Below, one piece after another: positions 59,174-64,000 of a stretch of DNA of 64,000 nt. The first letter of the stretch is position 1; the number at the start of each line of letters is the position of its first letter. The notes below the pieces were generated by a model, which searched no databases, had not been told where the DNA came from, and worked only from the letters and a program-made list of their open reading frames with translations. Source of the stretch: an uncultured Gemmatimonadales bacterium (lineage in GTDB: Bacteria; Gemmatimonadota; Gemmatimonadetes; Gemmatimonadales; Gemmatimonadaceae); the NCBI GenBank assembly GCA_963793305.1, contig CAWBZV010000010.1, positions 96,001-160,000 on the forward strand, in the 5' to 3' direction. A program made the translations under genes and the position numbers.

Positions 59174-59812
59174 ATGCGTGTCAGTGCCGTTATCGCCGTA
59201 CCCATTGCCGCGGTCATTGCCGCCATTCCGGTTGTGCTCCGACCGGGCGCGCCGGAGATCACCTCCGATCACCTCGGCGCCGCCACTGAGACGGTGCGCT
59301 TCATGAAGGGCGACAGCGAAATCGGCCGATTTCGTTACGACTGGTCCGTTGTATCAAACGATGGGCTGTTGCTGGTGACTACCGGCGAGGTTCGAGCGAA
59401 GCCGTTCGTCGATTCGTCGCTCGTGAAACGCCATGGCCTCGCGCCCGTCTGGGAGGTTTCCCAGTTCGGAGGTAAGGTCAAACGATGGACCTACAAGGGC
59501 GACGTGTTCAACTTCCAGGAGCTGGACGATCTCCTGCGGAGCCTGCCGCTCCGCGAGGGCTACGAGCGGATCTTGCCGCTCTTCTCCGAGGGAGATGATT
59601 CGCTGGAGATGGACACGGTGCGCATCGTGAGTCGCGATCCCACGGGACGTTGGACGCTGCGCTTTGCCGATCCCGCCATCGTCGCTACGTACGAGATCGA
59701 CGAGCGGACGCGGCGCATCGTGCGCCACGAGCACGTCTCGCGGAAGACTGGGGCGCTGCTTCGCTTCCTTGACAGCTCGGACACCAGTACGTCGAGCGCC
59801 CCGCCTGGGTGA
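59174..59812 (+). CDS. Secreted hypothetical protein
   Basis: Hydrophobic N-terminus and coherent codon usage. Confidence 0.55.
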   Translation: MRVSAVIAVPIAAVIAAIPVVLRPGAPEITSDHLGAATETVRFMKGDSEIGRFRYDWSVVSNDGLLLVTTGEVRAKPFVDSSLVKRHGLAPVWEVSQFGGKVKRWTYKGDVFNFQELDDLLRSLPLREGYERILPLFSEGDDSLEMDTVRIVSRDPTGRWTLRFADPAIVATYEIDERTRRIVRHEHVSRKTGALLRFLDSSDTSTSSAPPG

Positions 59813-60506
59813 TGCGCTCGACGGTCGTCCCGCAGCGAGGGCAACGCTGGCCCTCGCGATCGTAGACGGACCAGGGTTCGCCCTTGTCCAACACACGTCG
59901 GATGGCCTGAACGAGCCGCGACAGTTCCTTGCGATCTAGCGAAGAGGCCGGGCGGCGCGGGTCGATGCGGGCCAGCCAGAGGGCTTCGGTCGCATAGATG
60001 TTGCCGAGGCCCGCGACGACCCGCTGATCCAATAGCGCGGGCTTGATCGCGATGCGGCGCTTGGACAGTGCATTGGCCAGGTACGCGGGTGTGAACCCCG
60101 GATCAGTGGCATCTGGCCCGAGATCGGGGAGCGGGTCGACGCCCGGCGCATGCAGGGTCAACGTTGAGAGTGCACGCGGATCCGTCAGTACCGCCCGAGA
60201 CCCATCAGTGAAGGCAATGACCACGCGGGCGTACGGTGGCACAGGGTCTTGCACATGGCCGACGTCCCAATCTCCGGTCATGCGAAAGTGGACGTGCAGG
60301 GTCGATCCGTCCCCGAATCGAATGAGCTGATGCTTGCCACGGCGCTCGATCGAGACGACCTGCGCGCCGATCAGCCGCCGCACTTTGGACGGAGGTAACA
60401 GGCGCCGATGCACACGGTGCAGTCGTTCGACCGCGGCAATCGTCTTGCCGAGGGCGACCGTGCGCAGCACGCGAGCGGCAGCGTCGACTTCCGGGAGTTC
60501 AGGCAT
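59685..60506 (-). CDS. mutM: Formamidopyrimidine-DNA glycosylase
   Basis: MPELPEV, RRGK, HFRMTG, LLDQRVVAGLGNIYA and zinc finger CPRC...YWCPSCQ. Confidence 0.95.
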   Translation of the reverse strand: MPELPEVDAAARVLRTVALGKTIAAVERLHRVHRRLLPPSKVRRLIGAQVVSIERRGKHQLIRFGDGSTLHVHFRMTGDWDVGHVQDPVPPYARVVIAFTDGSRAVLTDPRALSTLTLHAPGVDPLPDLGPDATDPGFTPAYLANALSKRRIAIKPALLDQRVVAGLGNIYATEALWLARIDPRRPASSLDRKELSRLVQAIRRVLDKGEPWSVYDREGQRCPRCGTTVERITQAGRSTYWCPSCQGSEAAPQSSARRARGARCAASARRSRT

Positions 60507-60525
60507 AGTGCTACCTTATCGAAAC

Positions 60526-61290
60526 ATGGGCGACCGCCGTCCGCGCTCGTTGAAGCACGAGTACGAGATGTACGTCGAGCGCGAGATCGAAAACTATAAA
60601 GATTCCCTTCCCCGGCCCGTGCTGCTCGGCATTGGGGACGAGGCAGTGCGGAGTCTGAGTCGCCAACCCCAGTTTGCGCTGACCGAGCTCGTGCTGTGGG
60701 AGGAAGTCGATCGCATCATCATGCGTCGGCTTCGGATGCCCACGTATCAGACCTGGCGACGCCGCAGGGTGCGGATTCTCGAGAAATATCGGAAGCCAGA
60801 GCACTGGGGACTCGACGCCGAAAGTCCGCTCGTGCGCGCTGTCGAACCTGGTGACTTAGCCAACGTGCTGGTCGCCGGCGCCCGGCTGGAAGGCGCGACG
60901 CTCTATCTCGCCGCCAATGGTTGCGACGTCATTACCGTCGAGGAAGCACCCGACGTCGTCGCGCGGGTGTTGAGCGCGGCTGAGGAAGCCGGCCTCACGG
61001 CGCGTGTGCGTGGGTGTGTGACGGACATTGGACATTGGACACCGGATGTCCCGCTCAACGCCTTCGTGTGTACACCGGCCGCGTTCGACGGGCTCTCGGC
61101 GGCCGAGCGGCGACGGGTCATCGAGGTGCTCAAGTCCGCTACGGCTGACGGTGGAGTGCATCTCGTCGAGACGATTCTGGCCGGGCAAGAAGCCGAGTTG
61201 CGCGATCGCTACGTGGGCTGGGAGATCACCGTCGAGCGCGACCCCGCTGCGCTATCGCGCGCGTTTGTAGCTCGGAAGAGCGTGGCCTAA
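60526..61290 (+). CDS. Hypothetical protein with a degenerate SAM-methyltransferase-like C-terminus
   Basis: RSLKHEYEMYVEREIE N-terminus; LYLAANGCDVITVE...TADGGVHLV. Confidence 0.65.
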   Translation: MGDRRPRSLKHEYEMYVEREIENYKDSLPRPVLLGIGDEAVRSLSRQPQFALTELVLWEEVDRIIMRRLRMPTYQTWRRRRVRILEKYRKPEHWGLDAESPLVRAVEPGDLANVLVAGARLEGATLYLAANGCDVITVEEAPDVVARVLSAAEEAGLTARVRGCVTDIGHWTPDVPLNAFVCTPAAFDGLSAAERRRVIEVLKSATADGGVHLVETILAGQEAELRDRYVGWEITVERDPAALSRAFVARKSVA

Positions 61291-61400
61291 GCCGGCGCGT
61301 AATGACACAGTGTACACTTTGCGGCGTGTCGATCTGCGACATACTCAACTAACCGATTCTCTAAAGCGCGGCCCTGTAGCGTCTTAGCGATCCGTTCGTC

Positions 61401-61417
61401 TTGGCACCAGTGGTGCT
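61401..61417 (+). promoter_or_regulatory. Candidate sigma-54 (-24/-12) promoter
   Basis: TTGGCAC-CAGTG-GTGCT has GG and GC at the canonical spacing. Confidence 0.55.
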
Positions 61418-61445
61418 TATGGGGACACCACTGGAGGAAAAGCAT

Positions 61446-61604
61446 ATGACGGACGAACGTCAGCACACGGAAGAGCCCGAGCTCATCGGCATCATTATAT
61501 CGCAGGGCGTGCGGCCACAGCCGCTGCCTCGGTTTGCGGCATATATCTGGGGCGTTGCGCCCACCGACGCACAGAGCTCGGCTTCGACGACACGCGCGGC
61601 GTAA
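61446..61604 (+). CDS. 52-aa hypothetical protein
   Basis: GGAGG RBS, ATG and a terminator immediately downstream. Confidence 0.6.
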   Translation: MTDERQHTEEPELIGIIISQGVRPQPLPRFAAYIWGVAPTDAQSSASTTRAA

Positions 61605-61617
61605 GGCGCGCAGCAGT

Positions 61618-61660
61618 AAAAAAAAAAGCGGGAGCGCCGAGGCGCACCCGCTCTTTTTTT
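61618..61660. terminator. Bidirectional intrinsic terminator
   Basis: A10-GCGGGAGCGCC-GA-GGCGCACCCGC-TC-T7, between convergent small genes. Confidence 0.85.
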
Positions 61661-61669
61661 GCCCAAAAA

Positions 61670-61762
61670 CTAGCGGCGCTTCTTCGCTGCCTTCTTGCGA
61701 CCACCCTTCTTGGCCGTCGACTTCCGACCACCCTTCTTCTTTGCGCCTTTCTTGATAGCCAT
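61670..61762 (-). CDS. 30-aa Lys-rich histone-H1/protamine-like protein (not in the ORF track)
   Basis: GGAG RBS; MAIKKGAKKKGGRKSTAKKGGRKKAAKKRR*, ending at the terminator. Confidence 0.7.
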   Translation of the reverse strand: MAIKKGAKKKGGRKSTAKKGGRKKAAKKRR

Positions 61763-61823
61763 ACGAACTGCTCCATTGCTGGAGTGGAACACCCGACCGA
61801 TCCCCCGGTGGATCGGCGAGCGC

Positions 61824-63185
61824 TTACACGGCCTCGGAGAGGCTCGTGAAGTTGAAATCGTGAACCTTGATTGGCGGCATCACGACGGCGCCACCGGCCT
61901 CCGTGCCGGCGACCCGCACAGGCTGCCCCATCGCATCGAGGTTCGCGAGCATAAACAACGGCGAATCGTTGAATCGCATGTTACGGACCGCTGCGGAAAT
62001 CTTGCCATTCTCAATGAGAAACGTTCCGTCGCGCGTCAGTCCCGTGTAGAGGATCGTCCGCGGGTCGACTTCGCGTAAGTACCAGAGTCGTGTGACGAGC
62101 ACGCCGCGCGGTGTGGACGCGATCATCTCGTCAATCGTTTGCGTGGGACCCGTCCCCTGGAGCTTGATCGACCCGGGATTCCCGGTCGCCGGCTGCTTCG
62201 ATTTTTTTCCCCAGTACCGCGTGTACTGTAGCTGTTGCAGGGTGCCTTTGTCGATCCATACCTGACGGCCGAGCGGCAAGCCTTCGAAGTCGAACGGCGT
62301 ATCGAGCAGTTGATCATCGCGTGGATCGGACAGCAGCATAACCCGTGCATCGACGATCTTCTGCCCGACTTTGTTACCGCCACCGGCCTTCGTGAACGGG
62401 CTGCGACCTTCGTCGGCGGAGCGCGCGTCGAGATATCCGCTGATGAGTTGCACGAGATCACCAACGGCCTGCGGCTCGAAGATGACCGTGTAGCGACCTG
62501 GCTCGATCGCTTTCGGGCTCCTCGAGGCGCGCGCTTTCTCCAGCGCATGCGCACTCGTCGCCGCGAAATCGATCTTCGCCCAGTCGGGATGCTCGGCGCC
62601 CGCCCAACCCGAACCCGTGCCGTCGGTCGTCCGAACCGTAATCGTATAGTTCGCATTCGTCGACCGATGATAGGCAAAGAGGCCGCCCGAGTTCCCCACC
62701 ACCGTCGCGGTCGCGTTGACGATCAAGAACCCCGCGGCATTGACATCGCCAGCGGCGCGCGCCGGCGCCAGCGCCGCGAGCGCCGCGCGCGCACGATCCT
62801 CGGGCGAGACGTTGGCCGTCGCCTCGAAATACGCCGGGACGGACTGATACGACTGCTTCGGCAGCTCCGGCATACTCTCCGGATCATCCGGCGCGAGCTT
62901 CGCCAACGCCTCGGAGGACGCGATCACCCGTGCGACCGACGCGTCTGACAGGTCATTGGTGGTCGCAATCGCATGCTTCGCGCCGAACGCGCTCGTGACG
63001 ACCAATTGCGCGTCGGTGACCGCGCCCGAGGTCGACATTTGGTTCGCGGCGAACCGGAGGTTCGTCGTATACGTGCTTTGCAGGTTGACGTGCACCGCGT
63101 CGGCTTTCGACTGCTTGACGACCCTGGCGACCAACGCCTCGGCGTCAGATTGCGTGGTCAGCGCGTTCGCGGGAAGGCCGGCCAT
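61824..63185 (-). CDS. TldE/PmbA-family protein
   Basis: NLRFAAN, IEPGRYTVIFEPQAV, RGVLVTRLWY and TGLTRDGTFLIENG. Confidence 0.88.
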   Translation of the reverse strand: MAGLPANALTTQSDAEALVARVVKQSKADAVHVNLQSTYTTNLRFAANQMSTSGAVTDAQLVVTSAFGAKHAIATTNDLSDASVARVIASSEALAKLAPDDPESMPELPKQSYQSVPAYFEATANVSPEDRARAALAALAPARAAGDVNAAGFLIVNATATVVGNSGGLFAYHRSTNANYTITVRTTDGTGSGWAGAEHPDWAKIDFAATSAHALEKARASRSPKAIEPGRYTVIFEPQAVGDLVQLISGYLDARSADEGRSPFTKAGGGNKVGQKIVDARVMLLSDPRDDQLLDTPFDFEGLPLGRQVWIDKGTLQQLQYTRYWGKKSKQPATGNPGSIKLQGTGPTQTIDEMIASTPRGVLVTRLWYLREVDPRTILYTGLTRDGTFLIENGKISAAVRNMRFNDSPLFMLANLDAMGQPVRVAGTEAGGAVVMPPIKVHDFNFTSLSEAV

Positions 63186-64000
63186 CAAGCTTTCCGTCCG
63201 GTGTTGATGACGTTGATCTGGCGGAATCGCGCCGGGACGACGCCGTGGCTCACGGCGTTCACCTGGCCGGGCTGCCCTTTGCCATCGAAGAAGCTGCCGC
63301 CCAGCATGTAGCCGCGCTTCCCGCCGATCATATCCATCGAGTTCCAGAAATCCGGCGTCCGCATCTGGTAGGCAACGTCTTTGAGCATCCCGACGATCTT
63401 GCCGCCCTTGATCTCGTAGAACAACTGACCACCGAACTGGGCATTGTAGCGCTGTTGATCGATCGAGAACGATCCGTCGCCGATGATGGCGATGCCCGAG
63501 TCCGTGGCGGCGATCAGATCCTCCCACACCAGATCTTTTTCACCAGGCAGCAACGAGACGTTGGGCATCCGCTGGAACTGGACGTCGTTCCAGTTATCCG
63601 CGTAGGAATTGCCATGCGACCGCGTCGGCCGGCCCTGGGAGTCGTACCACCATTTCAGCCACATCGCTTGCTCGCGCGTGGTCTGATAGTCGTTCACGAT
63701 GCCGTTCTTGATGACCAGGAACGTCTCGGGCTGCACTCCCTCATCATCGTATCCCGTCGTGGCGCAACCGCCGGCTTGGGACCGGTCGCCCTGGACGTTC
63801 ATGAATTCGGGACCGTACTTGAACTTCCCGAGCATCTTCTCCGGCGGCGAGACGAAGCTGGTCCCCGCGTAGTTGGCCTCGTATCCGTTCGCCCGGTCGA
63901 GCTCCGTGGGGTGCGCGACACTCTCGTGCAGCGTCAGCCAGAGGTGCGTCGGGTGGAGCACGAGATCATACCGGCCGACCTCAACCGGCTTCGCCTTGAG
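63185..64000 (-). CDS. tldD: TldD-family metalloprotease; 5'-truncated by the window
   Basis: GRYDLVL, HESVAHPTE (HExxxH), YDDEGV, QRMPNVSL and DGKGQPGQ. Confidence 0.9.
   Translation of the reverse strand, partial: LKAKPVEVGRYDLVLHPTHLWLTLHESVAHPTELDRANGYEANYAGTSFVSPPEKMLGKFKYGPEFMNVQGDRSQAGGCATTGYDDEGVQPETFLVIKNGIVNDYQTTREQAMWLKWWYDSQGRPTRSHGNSYADNWNDVQFQRMPNVSLLPGEKDLVWEDLIAATDSGIAIIGDGSFSIDQQRYNAQFGGQLFYEIKGGKIVGMLKDVAYQMRTPDFWNSMDMIGGKRGYMLGGSFFDGKGQPGQVNAVSHGVVPARFRQINVINTGRKA

Noticed and set aside
61824..63527. 567-aa version of the TldE/PmbA gene
   Set aside because: The first 114 aa overlap tldD in another frame; the real start is 63185.
1..64000. CRISPR array, tRNA/rRNA, IS/integrase, prophage
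   Set aside because: No regularly spaced repeat-spacer units, RNA gene signatures, transposase/integrase or phage structural gene cluster were seen by eye.

Overview
High-GC bacterial chromosome segment, probably Gemmatimonadota (inferred from gene content and the rho-ruvX-mltG-thiE-rlmI block; not provable here). About 0-40 kb is a low-oxygen/dormancy-type stress island. It holds a GAF/PAS sensor kinase, 8 universal stress protein (USP) genes (two with an extra DUF5335-like domain), 6 BON-domain genes, Hsp20, pyruvate kinase, PEP synthase, ATP-PFK and a phosphoribosyltransferase + erythromycin-esterase pair. It also holds a MacAB-like exporter, an L,D-transpeptidase, a CarS-like protein, a NirK-like copper enzyme, a cupredoxin, a P1B ATPase, nitroreductase/flavodoxins and several gene remnants. 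The main observation is a 19-bp palindromic box, consensus YGTCRG-N7-CYGACA, found in 13 upstream/intergenic regions of the island, usually as tandem copies 22 bp apart. I saw no full copy outside the island, which points to one co-regulated DosR-like regulon with its own operator. 40-53 kb is mixed accessory DNA (chromate transporter/Crp regulator, beta-helix protein, PAS kinase, AraC, Ntn acylase, TPR/XRE pair); 53-64 kb is mostly housekeeping. Sequence lesions are not random: four frameshifts are +1 insertions in GACGTC and five conserved Asp->Asn changes lie in CAATG (from CGATG), which suggests methylation-linked long-read errors or mutation. Two small ORFs missed by the ORF track are a 35-aa membrane peptide and a 30-aa Lys-rich protein. 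No rRNA, tRNA, CRISPR array or transposase was seen.
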